Program-made: the position numbers and the translations under genes | The notes under the pieces: model-generated | The model's database searches: none | What the model saw: the letters and a program-made list of their open reading frames with translations, nothing else | What the model was told of the DNA's origin: nothing | Origin: a bacterium | GTDB taxonomy: Bacteria; Sysuimicrobiota; Sysuimicrobiia; Sysuimicrobiales; Humicultoraceae | Assembly (NCBI GenBank): GCA_041497675.1 | Contig: JBGQGY010000046.1 | Span: forward strand, 1-23,827 | Length of the DNA: 23,827 nt | Direction: 5' to 3' | In this document: positions 7,928 to 17,132 of the stretch, in pieces | How positions within the stretch are numbered: position 1 is the first letter of the stretch | How the letters are laid out: every line of letters starts with the position of its first letter

Positions 7928-8644
7928 CTGAGCCCACCGGCCCTGATCGTCGCGCTCGACCTGCCCGATCTCGAGGCCGCCGGGCGGATGGTCGAGCGGC
8001 TGCGGCCGACCGTGGAGTGGTTCAAAGTCGGGTCCATGTTGTTCACGGCAGCCGGTCCCGACGCGGTGCGGATGGTGAAGGCCGCGGGCGCGAACGTGTT
8101 CCTCGATCTCAAGTTTCATGACATCCCGCAGACCATCGCTGGTGGCGTCACTGCGGCGGCCCGTTTGGGGGCCGCGCTTGTTACCGTGCATTGCGCCGCG
8201 GGCCCGGCCGGACTGCAGGCCGCCGCGAGTGCGGCGCGGGACGCCGCCGCTGGGGTGCGCGTCCTCGGCGTGACCCGCCTCACGAGTGAGGGCGGCCGAT
8301 TGAGCCGGGCGGTCCTCGCCGCCGCCGCGCAGGCGCACGACGCGGGGCTGGACGGTGTCACGGCGGCCGTGCGCGATGCGCGGGCGATCAAGACGCGGTT
8401 CGGCCCGGGCTTCTTCGTGCTCGCGCCGGGTATCCGGCCGGCGGGTCACGGGGCCAATGATCAGGTGCGGATCGCCACGCCGGCTCAGGCCGTCCATGCG
8501 GGGGCCGACTTTTTGGTGGTCGGCCGTCCGGTCACGTCGGCCCAGGATCCTCACGCTGCGGCGTCGGCGGTGCTGGCCGAGATCGCGCGGGCCACGCGGC
8601 GCGCGCATGCGCCTGCCGCCCGTCCCGGAGCGGCCCGGTCATGA
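7928..8644 (+). CDS. pyrF: Orotidine-5'-phosphate decarboxylase
   Basis: LIVALD, FKVG, DLKFHDIPQT catalytic motif, PGIR, DQVR and VVGRPV. The start is uncertain; I placed it at CTG 7928 because conserved strand 1 precedes ATG 7988. Confidence 0.93.
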   Translation: MSPPALIVALDLPDLEAAGRMVERLRPTVEWFKVGSMLFTAAGPDAVRMVKAAGANVFLDLKFHDIPQTIAGGVTAAARLGAALVTVHCAAGPAGLQAAASAARDAAAGVRVLGVTRLTSEGGRLSRAVLAAAAQAHDAGLDGVTAAVRDARAIKTRFGPGFFVLAPGIRPAGHGANDQVRIATPAQAVHAGADFLVVGRPVTSAQDPHAAASAVLAEIARATRRAHAPAARPGAARS

Positions 8645-9219
8645 TCGAGGACTGGCTCGTCCGCTTCCGACGCTACGACGCGGTGCAGGAAGGGCACTTC
8701 CTCCTCACGTCGGGGCTGCACAGCACCGCGTATATACAGTCGGCGCTCATCCTGCAGCACACGCGGGAAGCATCCGCGCTCGGTGTGGCGCTGGCCGAGC
8801 GCATGCGACAGGCGGATCCGGACGTCGTGATGGGCCCGGCGCTTGGCGGTATCGTCATCGCTCACGAGGTGGCCCGGGCGCTGGGGGCCCGCTCGATCTT
8901 TGCTGAACGCAGCGACGGCCGCATGACGCTGCGCCGCGGTTTTGCCGTAGCGCCCGGCGAGCGGGTGCTGATCGTGGAGGACGTCATCACGACCGGTGGG
9001 TCTGCCCAGGAAGTGGCCGGGCTGGTGCGCGATGCCGGCGGGATCCTTGTCGGCGTCGCGGCCCTGGTGGATCGCAGCGGCGGCCGCGTGCGCTTCGACG
9101 CCCCGCTCGCCGCGCTGATCTCACTTGACCTGCCCGTGTATCCCGCCGCCGCCTGTCCTCTCTGCCGGCGGGGCGAGCCGGTGATCAAGCCTGGGAGCCG
9201 TCCACCGCGATCCGCCTGA
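8641..9219 (+). CDS. pyrE: Orotate phosphoribosyltransferase
   Basis: GHFLLTSGLHS, PRPP-binding motif VLIVEDVITTGGS, C-terminal CPLC...KPGSR. ATGA overlap with pyrF. Confidence 0.95.
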   Translation: MIEDWLVRFRRYDAVQEGHFLLTSGLHSTAYIQSALILQHTREASALGVALAERMRQADPDVVMGPALGGIVIAHEVARALGARSIFAERSDGRMTLRRGFAVAPGERVLIVEDVITTGGSAQEVAGLVRDAGGILVGVAALVDRSGGRVRFDAPLAALISLDLPVYPAAACPLCRRGEPVIKPGSRPPRSA

Positions 9220-9248
9220 CCGGCTGCCGTGCCGGCGCCGCGAAGCAC

Positions 9249-9277
9249 TTGACGCGATCGCGTAACCGCCCCATAAT
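9249..9277 (+). promoter_or_regulatory. Sigma70-type promoter of hpt-guaB-guaA
   Basis: TTGACG, 17 nt, CATAAT; SD AGGAG at 9293-9297. Confidence 0.75.
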
Positions 9278-9304
9278 TGCAGAAACCCCGTTAGGAGACC
9301 GCGT

Positions 9305-9850
9305 TTGGGCTTGAAGGATGATGTTGAAGAAGTCCTTATCCCGGAGGAGGTCCTCCAGGACCGAATCCGGGAGCTCGGACGGCGCGTCTCGACCGAATAC
9401 AACTCCAAAGAACCACTGCTCGTGGGCATCCTAACGGGTGCCTTCATGTTTATGGCGGATTTGCTTCGTGCGATTACGATCCCATGCCACGTGGACTTCA
9501 TGGCCACGGCGTCATACGGGGCAGGGACCGAGAGCAGCGGTATCGTGCGCATCTTGAAGGACATCAACCAGAGCATCGAGGGCCGCCACGTCCTGGTCGT
9601 CGACGACATCATCGACACGGGATTGACGATGGACTATCTGCTCGAGACGCTTAAGGCACGGTATCCGGCATCGCTGCGGATTTGCGCGTTGCTGGACAAA
9701 CGGCCTCGCCGGCTGCGCGAGGTCCCGATCGATTTCAGCGGGTTCGAGATTCCCGATAAATTCGTGGTGGGATACGGTTTGGACTATGCTGGTCGATATC
9801 GCAACTTGCCCTTTGTCGGGGTACTCAAGCCAGAACTGTACGGAACGTGA
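9305..9850 (+). CDS. hpt: Hypoxanthine(-guanine) phosphoribosyltransferase
   Basis: TTG start after AGGAG. Motifs GAFMFMADL, SYG...SSG, VLVVDDIIDTGLT, LLDK and FVVGYGLDY...YRNLP. Confidence 0.96.
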   Translation: MGLKDDVEEVLIPEEVLQDRIRELGRRVSTEYNSKEPLLVGILTGAFMFMADLLRAITIPCHVDFMATASYGAGTESSGIVRILKDINQSIEGRHVLVVDDIIDTGLTMDYLLETLKARYPASLRICALLDKRPRRLREVPIDFSGFEIPDKFVVGYGLDYAGRYRNLPFVGVLKPELYGT

Positions 9851-9867
9851 CTTCGCGGAGGTGAGCC

Positions 9868-11082
9868 ATGGTGACGCGGACGGAGACACGAGATCTCGAG
9901 CCAGTGCCCGCGGCCAGTCGCGGTGCCGAGTTGCTCGGCCGCGGCCGGTGGATTCGTCGCACCTATAGTCTCGACGATATCGCCCTGGTCCCCGCCGCAT
10001 CCACGCTCGATCCGGAAGACGTCGACACCTCATGGCAGATTGGCCCGCACCCCTTCGCGTTGCCGTTCGTGGCTTCGGCGATGGACAGCGTCGTCGACGC
10101 CCGCATGGCCAGACTGCTGTGGAGTCTTGGCGGGCTCGCCGTGATGAATCTGGAGGGTCTGAACACGCGGTACGCGGATCCGGCCGACCCGCTGGCTGAA
10201 ATCGCCGCTGCGCCCTCGGACCAGGTTGTTGCGGTTATGCAGCGGCTCTACCGCGCGCCGGTCGACGCGGCACTGGTTGCAGAACGGATTCGCGACGTGA
10301 AACGCGACGGAGCGATGTGCGCCGTTTCAATGACCCCGGCGGCGACCGAGCGTCTGGCGTCACTGGCCGAAGAGGCCGGGGCCGACCTGATCCTGGTGCA
10401 GTCCACCGTGATGAACGAAGGCCACCGTTCTGCGCGGGGCCGCACTGTGTCGCTGCGAAGCCTGACGTCACGCCTGCGCACCCCGGTGATGGCCGGCAAC
10501 TGTGTCGGGTACGAAGCCGCCACCGGGCTCCTTGAAGCCGGCGCGGCCGCGATCTTTGTCGGCCTCGGCCCAGGCGCGGCGTGCACGAGCCGTCGCGTGC
10601 TGGGTATCGGCGTGCCCCAGGCGACGGCGATCTGCGACGTGGCCGCGGCGCGCGATGACTACCAGCGGCGCGCGGGAAGGTATGTGCCGATCGTGGCAGA
10701 CGGGGGGATCGCGGTCGGCGGCGACGTGGCCAGGGCCATCGCGTGCGGGGCGGACGCCGTCATGCTGGGCTCCGCGCTGGCCCGGGCCGAGGAGGCTCCA
10801 GGCCGTGGCTTTCACTGGGGCATGGCGACGCCGCATTCGGCGCTTCCACGCGGGACCCGCATCCGGGTGGGCACCAGCGGGACGCTGAGGCAAATCCTGT
10901 TGGGCCCTGCAGCCGTTGACGACGGTTCCCATAACCTCGCCGAGGCCCTGCGAACAGCAATGGGGATGTGCGGCGCACAAACGATCCGAGACATGCACGC
11001 GGCGGAGCTCGTGCTCGCACCGCAGCTCGGGATCGAAGGCAAGGCGGCACAGCTCAGCCAGAAGGTCGGCCAGGGGCGGTAG
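9868..11082 (+). CDS. guaB: IMP dehydrogenase, GuaB3-type (no CBS pair)
   Basis: SD GGAGGTGA. Motifs [27 protein letters not shown] (catalytic Cys), [15 protein letters not shown] and HWGMATP...LPRG. Confidence 0.9.
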   Translation: MVTRTETRDLEPVPAASRGAELLGRGRWIRRTYSLDDIALVPAASTLDPEDVDTSWQIGPHPFALPFVASAMDSVVDARMARLLWSLGGLAVMNLEGLNTRYADPADPLAEIAAAPSDQVVAVMQRLYRAPVDAALVAERIRDVKRDGAMCAVSMTPAATERLASLAEEAGADLILVQSTVMNEGHRSARGRTVSLRSLTSRLRTPVMAGNCVGYEAATGLLEAGAAAIFVGLGPGAACTSRRVLGIGVPQATAICDVAAARDDYQRRAGRYVPIVADGGIAVGGDVARAIACGADAVMLGSALARAEEAPGRGFHWGMATPHSALPRGTRIRVGTSGTLRQILLGPAAVDDGSHNLAEALRTAMGMCGAQTIRDMHAAELVLAPQLGIEGKAAQLSQKVGQGR

Positions 11083-11086
11083 GCGC

Positions 11087-12685
11087 GTGAGCGTCACGAC
11101 CGCGTCCCTGCCGAAGACGGCGATGCCGGTACCCGGCGCCGAGGGGCAGCGGCCAGGCCAACGGCCCGTCATCGTGCTCGACTTCGGCGCGCAATATGCG
11201 CAGTTGATCGCGCGCCGCATCCGTGAGAGCCGCGTCTACAGCCTGATCCTCCCCTTTGATACCCCGCTCCCGCAGATTCTGGCGCACCGACCCCAGGGGA
11301 TTGTCTTGTCCGGCGGGCCCGCCAGCGTGTACGATCCCGGCGCGCCTCAGGTTGACCCCACGCTGTTCGCAACCGGCGTCCCCATGCTCGGCATCTGCTA
11401 CGGGATGCAGTTGATGGCGCACCTCATTGGCGGGCGGACGGCGGCGGCGGAACAGCGAGAGTACGGCCGCACGCGCCTATTTGTCGATGAAGGCGGCGAT
11501 CTCTTCACCGGGCTCGAGCCGCGCCTCATCTGCTGGATGAGTCACGGCGACTCGGTGGTGCGTATGCCGGAGGGCTTTGCGGCGCTGGCCCACACCGATC
11601 GCAACCCGGTGGCCGCCATGGGCGACCAGGGCCGCGGGTTGTACGGTCTGCAGTTCCATCCCGAAGTTTCGCACACGCCGTGGGGCATCGAGGTCCTCCG
11701 CAACTTTCTCTATCATGTGTGCCGGTGCGAGCCGACCTGGACGATGGCCTCGTTCATTGATCGGTCGGTCGGGGTGATTCGCGAGCAGGTCGGCGGGGGG
11801 CACGCGCTGTGCGCGCTGTCTGGAGGCGTGGACTCGGCGACAGCGGCGGCGCTGGTGCACCGCGCCATCGGCGATCAACTGACCTGTGTGTTCGTCGACC
11901 ACGGGCTGTTGCGGAAAGGCGAGGCCGGGCAGGTCGTCGCGACCTTCCGAGATACCTTTCAGGTTCCATTGCTGCACGTCGATGCGGGAGAGCGGTTCCT
12001 AGGGCGGCTGCGCGGCGTCACGGATCCGGAGCAGAAACGGCGCGCCATAGGCGAGGAGTTTGTGCACGTGTTCGAGGAGGAAGCCACGCGTCTCGGCCAG
12101 ATCGAGTTCCTGGTGCAGGGAACATTGTATCCCGACGTCATCGAGAGCGGCACCCGTACGGCCGCGCGCATCAAGACGCATCACAACGTAGGCGGGCTGC
12201 CCGAGCGGATGCGGCTGCGGCTCGTCGAGCCGTTTCGCGACCTGTTCAAGGACGAAGTGCGCGAGGTGGCGCGCCAGCTCGGGTTGCCCGACAGGATGGT
12301 CGCACGCCATCCGTTCCCCGGCCCGGGTCTGGCGATCCGTGTGCTGGGTGAAGTGACCCGCGAGCGCCTCGACCTGCTACGCGAGGCGGACGCGATCGTG
12401 CTCGAGGAACTCCGCGAGGCCGGGCTCTCCGGTCAGATCTGGCAGGCCTTCGGCGTGCTCCTGCCCGTGCACACGGTCGGCGTCATGGGTGACGCGCGGA
12501 CCTACGGGCAGGTGGTGGTCGTGCGCGCGGTCACAAGTGAGGATGGGATGACCGCCGACTGGGCGCGACTGCCGGACGAGGTGCTCGAGACAATCGCCAG
12601 CCGGATCACGCGCGAGGTCCCGGGCATCACGCGGGTCGTCTACGATATCACGAGCAAACCGCCCTCCACCATCGAGTGGGAGTAA
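11087..12685 (+). CDS. guaA: GMP synthase (glutamine-hydrolysing)
   Basis: [44 protein letters not shown] and terminal KPPSTIEWE. Start is GTG 11087, or alternatively ATG 11123. Confidence 0.97.
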   Translation: MSVTTASLPKTAMPVPGAEGQRPGQRPVIVLDFGAQYAQLIARRIRESRVYSLILPFDTPLPQILAHRPQGIVLSGGPASVYDPGAPQVDPTLFATGVPMLGICYGMQLMAHLIGGRTAAAEQREYGRTRLFVDEGGDLFTGLEPRLICWMSHGDSVVRMPEGFAALAHTDRNPVAAMGDQGRGLYGLQFHPEVSHTPWGIEVLRNFLYHVCRCEPTWTMASFIDRSVGVIREQVGGGHALCALSGGVDSATAAALVHRAIGDQLTCVFVDHGLLRKGEAGQVVATFRDTFQVPLLHVDAGERFLGRLRGVTDPEQKRRAIGEEFVHVFEEEATRLGQIEFLVQGTLYPDVIESGTRTAARIKTHHNVGGLPERMRLRLVEPFRDLFKDEVREVARQLGLPDRMVARHPFPGPGLAIRVLGEVTRERLDLLREADAIVLEELREAGLSGQIWQAFGVLLPVHTVGVMGDARTYGQVVVVRAVTSEDGMTADWARLPDEVLETIASRITREVPGITRVVYDITSKPPSTIEWE

Positions 12686-12730
12686 CGTGAGCGGGCTCCC
12701 CGCCCGCTGCCTGCCCGCTCCAGCCGCGCG

Positions 12731-12757
12731 ATAGGAGTTGTCCTAGGCGCGGCGAAG
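12731..12757 (+). promoter_or_regulatory. Putative SigH-like promoter (AGGA-N17-GAAG)
   Basis: ATAGGAGTT at 12731-12739 and GCGAAG at 12752-12757, upstream of the SD GGAGG of the ABC binding protein gene. Confidence 0.4.
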
Positions 12758-12799
12758 GCCAGTTCCGATACGGGTTTCGGCTACAGTGGAGGAATCACC

Positions 12800-14440
12800 G
12801 TGGGCAAAAACCTGACGAGGCGAAAATTCCTTTCCGGCGCGGCGGGGATCGGCGCGGCGGCGCTGGCGTCACCCCTGGTCCGGGCGGTCGGCTCGCTGCC
12901 GGTGGTTCGGGCGGCGTCTGCGCCCCAGGGGCGGGTCGTGTTTGGGATGTGGCAGAATCCCGATACGCTCGACCCCGGTGCGAGCGGTCTGATTTCCTCC
13001 GGATATACCACCATCAACATGTTCGACCCCCTGGTGTGGCGCCTGCCGGGCATGCGGCAGGGTCAAGAATACTTCCCGGGTCTGGCGGAGCGGTGGGAGG
13101 TCTCACCCGACGCCCGCCGGTACACGTTCTATCTGCGCAAGGACGTGAAGTTCCATGACGGGACGCCGCTGACCGCGCGAGCCGTCAAAAACACGTTCGA
13201 GCACATCATGAATCCAGAAACGCGGTCGCGCGGAGCGCGACCGGGGCTGGCCTCCTATCAGCGGACGGACATCCAGGGCGAGCACGCGGCGACCGTCGTG
13301 TTTGGCGAGCCGAACGCCGCGTTCATGAACAACGTCTGCACCCCGGGCATGGCCCCCAGCTCGCCAAAAGCCCTGGCCGAGATGGGGCACCGGAACTACG
13401 GCCAGCGTCCTGTAGGGACGGGGCCGTTCATGTTCAAGGAGTGGGTCCCGGGCAGCCACGTGACCCTCATCGCCAATCCCGACTACAACTGGGGGCCAAC
13501 GGTCGCGAGACACCAGGGACCACCGCACGTCGCCGAGGTGACGTTCCGCATCATCCCGGACGCCTCGACGCGCTTCAACGCCCTTCGGACAGGCGAGGTG
13601 CTGCTGGCCGAGAACCTCTCGCCGCCCGATATTACGCTCCTGCAGCGCACCGCGGGGTTCATCGTGTACACGGCGCAGGTCACCGGGATGCCGTACTCGA
13701 TTTGGATCAACTCGAAGCGGCCGCCGACCGACGATCTCAAGGTTCGTCAGGCGCTGCAGCTTGCCACCGACCAGGAAGCGATCGTCGAAGCGCTGTACAG
13801 CGGGATCTATAAACCCGCGCACAACATCTTCCTGCCGACGACCGTCGGGTACGACCCGGCCCTGGACAAGGCGTACCGGTTTGATCAGGGCCGTGCGAAG
13901 GCGCTGCTGGACGAGGCCGGGTGGACGATGGGACCGGGAGGCGTCCGCCAGAAGGCCGGGCAACCGTTGCGGCTGCGGTTCGTCAACATCGCCGGGTTCG
14001 GCTTCGACCAGCTCACGCAGCTCATGCAGGCGCAGTGGCAGGAAGTGGGTGTCCAGTCCGACATCGTGGCCCAGGGATTCCCGCTGGCGGACGAAACCTA
14101 CAAGAAGGGCGAGCACCATCTCGCCAACTTCTTCTTCTATGCGGTCGATCCGTTCTTCATGCGCTCCCTGTACACGTGCGACCAGATCGGGCAGGGTTTC
14201 AACTACACGCATTTCTGCAACCCGCAGTTCGATGAGCTGGTTGCGCGGTCCAACGCGAGCGCGGATCCGGCCAAGCGGATTCCGTTGATCCGGCAGGCGG
14301 CGAAGATGATCACCGACGCCGCGATCGTGATCCCCATCTACCAGCAGCGGGCCGTGTTTGGGTCCACCAACCGCGTGCAGGCGTTGCGGTTCACGGTCAA
14401 CGGGTTTCCGATCTTCTATGATGTGACCCTCCGCGCGTAG
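12800..14440 (+). CDS. ABC transporter substrate-binding protein, family 5 (Opp/Dpp/Nik), with Tat signal
   Basis: Twin-arginine motif LTRRKFL. Family motifs PGLAERWEVSPD..YTFYLRKDVKFHDGTPLTA, PVGTGPF and AKALLDEAGW. Confidence 0.93.
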   Translation: MGKNLTRRKFLSGAAGIGAAALASPLVRAVGSLPVVRAASAPQGRVVFGMWQNPDTLDPGASGLISSGYTTINMFDPLVWRLPGMRQGQEYFPGLAERWEVSPDARRYTFYLRKDVKFHDGTPLTARAVKNTFEHIMNPETRSRGARPGLASYQRTDIQGEHAATVVFGEPNAAFMNNVCTPGMAPSSPKALAEMGHRNYGQRPVGTGPFMFKEWVPGSHVTLIANPDYNWGPTVARHQGPPHVAEVTFRIIPDASTRFNALRTGEVLLAENLSPPDITLLQRTAGFIVYTAQVTGMPYSIWINSKRPPTDDLKVRQALQLATDQEAIVEALYSGIYKPAHNIFLPTTVGYDPALDKAYRFDQGRAKALLDEAGWTMGPGGVRQKAGQPLRLRFVNIAGFGFDQLTQLMQAQWQEVGVQSDIVAQGFPLADETYKKGEHHLANFFFYAVDPFFMRSLYTCDQIGQGFNYTHFCNPQFDELVARSNASADPAKRIPLIRQAAKMITDAAIVIPIYQQRAVFGSTNRVQALRFTVNGFPIFYDVTLRA

Positions 14441-14457
14441 GCACGCCGGGCGAGCGT

Positions 14458-15381
14458 GTGGGCCGCTACATCGGCCGCCGTGTGATCGGGAGCGTGCCGG
14501 TGTTGCTCGGCATCACGGCGCTGGTGTTCATGATTTTGCACATTGTCCCGGGCGACCCGGCGCAGATCATGCTGTTTGGGAGCAACGCGACGCCCGATCA
14601 GATACAGGCGCTGCGCCGCGAGCTGGGTCTGGAGCGCCCCCTCGTCGTCCAGTACGCGGATTTTCTCTGGCGGCTGCTCCACGCCGACCTCGGGATGTCG
14701 TTTTCGAGCCAGCGGCGCGTTGCGGATGAGATCGCCATCCAGTTTCCTGCGACCGTAGCGCTGGCGGCGGTCACGATGGTGGTTGCCTCGGCCATCGGCC
14801 TGACGGCGGGCGCCCTTGGCGCGGTGTATCGCAATACCTGGGTCGATGCCGCGGCCCGCGTCTTCTCGATCCTCGGCGTGGCGATGCCGAACTTCTGGCT
14901 CTCAGTGCTGCTCATCCTGGTGTTCGCGGTGCATCTGGGCTGGCTGCCCGCGCTGTCCGAGGGTGGACTGCGGGGCCTCATCCTGCCGGCCGTGAGCCTC
15001 GGCTGGGGATTCTCCGCGATTCTGACCCGGCTGTGCCGGACGAACCTCATTGAGGTGCTGGCGCAGCCCTACATCACCACGGCGCGCGCGAAGGGGTTAC
15101 GCGGGCAGGCGGTGATTGTTCGCCACGCCCTGCGTAACGCGTTGATCCCGGCGGTCACGCTCATGGGGCTGCAGGTGGGTACCCTGCTGAGCGGGGCCGT
15201 GGTGGTCGAAACGATTTTCGGCCGGCAGGGGATCGGCGCGCTCGCGGTGCGGGCGATCCTGTCCAAGGATTTCCCCATGGTGCAGGGGGTCGTCCTGGTC
15301 GTGGCGCTGACGTATGTCCTGGTGAACCTGGCCACCGATCTGGCCTACGCCGCGCTCGATCCGCGCATCCACTATGCGTAA
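14458..15381 (+). CDS. ABC transporter permease, DppB/OppB-like
   Basis: PGDPA, LGLERPL..QY, EAA-type loop YITTARAKGL, HALRNAL and terminal DPRI. Confidence 0.94.
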   Translation: MGRYIGRRVIGSVPVLLGITALVFMILHIVPGDPAQIMLFGSNATPDQIQALRRELGLERPLVVQYADFLWRLLHADLGMSFSSQRRVADEIAIQFPATVALAAVTMVVASAIGLTAGALGAVYRNTWVDAAARVFSILGVAMPNFWLSVLLILVFAVHLGWLPALSEGGLRGLILPAVSLGWGFSAILTRLCRTNLIEVLAQPYITTARAKGLRGQAVIVRHALRNALIPAVTLMGLQVGTLLSGAVVVETIFGRQGIGALAVRAILSKDFPMVQGVVLVVALTYVLVNLATDLAYAALDPRIHYA

Positions 15382-16276
15382 AGAAGCTGCAGCACCCCGC
15401 CTGGAGCAGGGGATCCAGGTGGCTGCAGCCGGTCTCGGACGGCCGGCTGCACGGGCCGCGCGGCAATTCGTTCGTAACTGGTCCGCGGTCGTTGGGGCCG
15501 TGATGTTGGGCCTGGTCCTAGCCGTTGCCGCGATCGGCCCCATCTTGGCGCCGTACAGCCCCATCCGCGTGCGAGTCTCCGAGCGCCTGCGGCCGCCGGG
15601 CTCCCAGCACTGGCTGGGGACCGATCAGTTCGGCCGGGACATCTTCAGCCGGATCCTGGTCGGCGCGCGGCCGACTGTGGCGGCGCCGATGCTGGCCATC
15701 GGCATTGGCGCCGTGATCGGGACGACGCTCGGCGCGCTGGCCGGCTACGCGGGCGGCGCGCCGGACACGATCCTCATGCGCGCGACCGAGATCCTGCAGG
15801 CGTTTCCCGGCATCCTGCTCGCGCTCATCGTGATCGCCGTGTTGGGCACCGGGCTGGTCAACGTGATGATCGCGGTCGGCGTGTCGTTGATCCCCGTCTA
15901 CGCGCGTCTCGTGCGCGGGGTCATGCTCGCGGTCCGCGAGCGTGACTACGTGCAGGCCGCCCGCGCCATCGGGTGCTCGCCGGGTGGTGTGCTGGGGCGT
16001 CACATGCTCCCCAATGTCTGGACACAGGTCGCCGTCCTCTCGACGACCGCGCTGGGGTGGGCGATCATCGCGGGGTCGACCCTCAACTTCCTCGGGTTTG
16101 GCATCCGGCCCCCGACGCCCGAGTGGGGGGCGGATTTGAACGCCGGCCGGGAGTATCTCAACGCGGCCTGGTGGACCAGCACGGCGCCCGGCGCCGCCAT
16201 TGTCCTTGTGATTCTGGCGATTCATTTCGTGGGCGACGGTCTGACGGAAGCGCTCGATCCCGCGCTACGCGAGTAG
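15374..16276 (+). CDS. ABC transporter permease, DppC/OppC-like
   Basis: HWLGTDQFGRDIFSR, DYVQAARAIG, RHMLPN, PEWG and GDGLTEALDP. Overlaps the preceding gene by 8 nt. Confidence 0.94.
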   Translation: MRKEAAAPRLEQGIQVAAAGLGRPAARAARQFVRNWSAVVGAVMLGLVLAVAAIGPILAPYSPIRVRVSERLRPPGSQHWLGTDQFGRDIFSRILVGARPTVAAPMLAIGIGAVIGTTLGALAGYAGGAPDTILMRATEILQAFPGILLALIVIAVLGTGLVNVMIAVGVSLIPVYARLVRGVMLAVRERDYVQAARAIGCSPGGVLGRHMLPNVWTQVAVLSTTALGWAIIAGSTLNFLGFGIRPPTPEWGADLNAGREYLNAAWWTSTAPGAAIVLVILAIHFVGDGLTEALDPALRE

Positions 16277-16280
16277 ACCG

Positions 16281-17036
16281 ATGCGACTGTACGTCCTCGA
16301 TCTAGGGCGATGCGACATCGACAAGGGCGCCGTCATGACTCCGGGAGTTGGCGATGGGCAGCGCGTGCGGACGCCGATCGTCGGCTACCTCATCCAGACC
16401 GGCGGCACCAACATCCTGGTGGACACCGGCATGAACCGCCGCCACATCGCCGACCCGTTTGCGACGATTCGGGGGCGGCCGATTGCCGACAAACTCACTC
16501 CCATCATGAACCCTGAGGATGACGTGCTCTCGCGGCTGGCCCAGATCGGTCTGCGCGCCAAAGATATCGACATCCTGGTCAGCACCCACTTTCACTTCGA
16601 CCACGCTGGGAATCATGCTGACTTCGCGGGCTCGCGCATCATCGCCCAGCGGGCGTGCCACGACCACGCCATGACGGTCGGCCAGGCTCTGAAGGGACTC
16701 TACGATCAGCCGTTCCTGCGCTACGAGTTGGTCGACGGCGACGTGGACATCGCCCCGGGCGTGAGGCTGCTCGAGACGTCCGGGCATGTGCCTGGGCACC
16801 AGTCCGTGCTCGTGCGGCTCCCGCGCACCGGGGTCGTCATCCTCGCCATTGACGCCATCTATTCTCAGGATAATCTCGACCGTGACAACTTCGAGGTGTC
16901 CGCGGATCCCACGCGCGCCCGCGCGTCGGCCCACCGGCTCGTCGATCTGGCGAGGCAAGAGCACGGGCTGCTCATCTTCGGGCACGATCCCGCGCAGTGG
17001 GAGACGCTTCGAAAGTCCCCCCAGTACTACGATTAG
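16281..17036 (+). CDS. N-acyl homoserine lactonase family metallo-beta-lactamase-fold hydrolase (AiiA/AttM-like)
   Basis: LVDTG, THFHFDHAG (HxHxDH), TSGHVPGHQS, LAIDAIY (bridging Asp plus Tyr typical of AHL lactonases) and IFGHD. About 250 aa with no signal peptide. Confidence 0.88.
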   Translation: MRLYVLDLGRCDIDKGAVMTPGVGDGQRVRTPIVGYLIQTGGTNILVDTGMNRRHIADPFATIRGRPIADKLTPIMNPEDDVLSRLAQIGLRAKDIDILVSTHFHFDHAGNHADFAGSRIIAQRACHDHAMTVGQALKGLYDQPFLRYELVDGDVDIAPGVRLLETSGHVPGHQSVLVRLPRTGVVILAIDAIYSQDNLDRDNFEVSADPTRARASAHRLVDLARQEHGLLIFGHDPAQWETLRKSPQYYD

Positions 17037-17117
17037 CATTGAATCGACGCACCACTGAGCGCATCCGGAAAATCCGGAGAGCACCGCCGATGAAACAGAT
17101 AGGGCAGATTGGCGGGG

Positions 17118-17126
17118 TGTTATACT
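17118..17126 (+). promoter_or_regulatory. Extended -10 promoter, probably giving a leaderless mRNA
   Basis: TG-T-TATACT, then 6 nt, then the ATG at 17133; no SD. Confidence 0.6.
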
Positions 17127-17132
17127 GACGTT

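Noticed and set aside
10916..11086. N-terminal extension of the guaA ORF
   Set aside because: It overlaps guaB out of frame and has no GMP synthase similarity.
17066..17080. TCCGGA-AAA-TCCGGA, resembling the riboswitch CCGGTGAAAATCCGG stem or part of a glycine riboswitch or ribozyme
   Set aside because: No other conserved elements are present; at most a small hairpin after the lactonase gene.
17088..17128. 13-nt match (CGATGAAACAGAT) to the start of the SLH gene, and a 12-codon ORF MKQIGQIGGVLY
   Set aside because: A single short match with no extension, overlapping the Uma2 promoter; probably chance.
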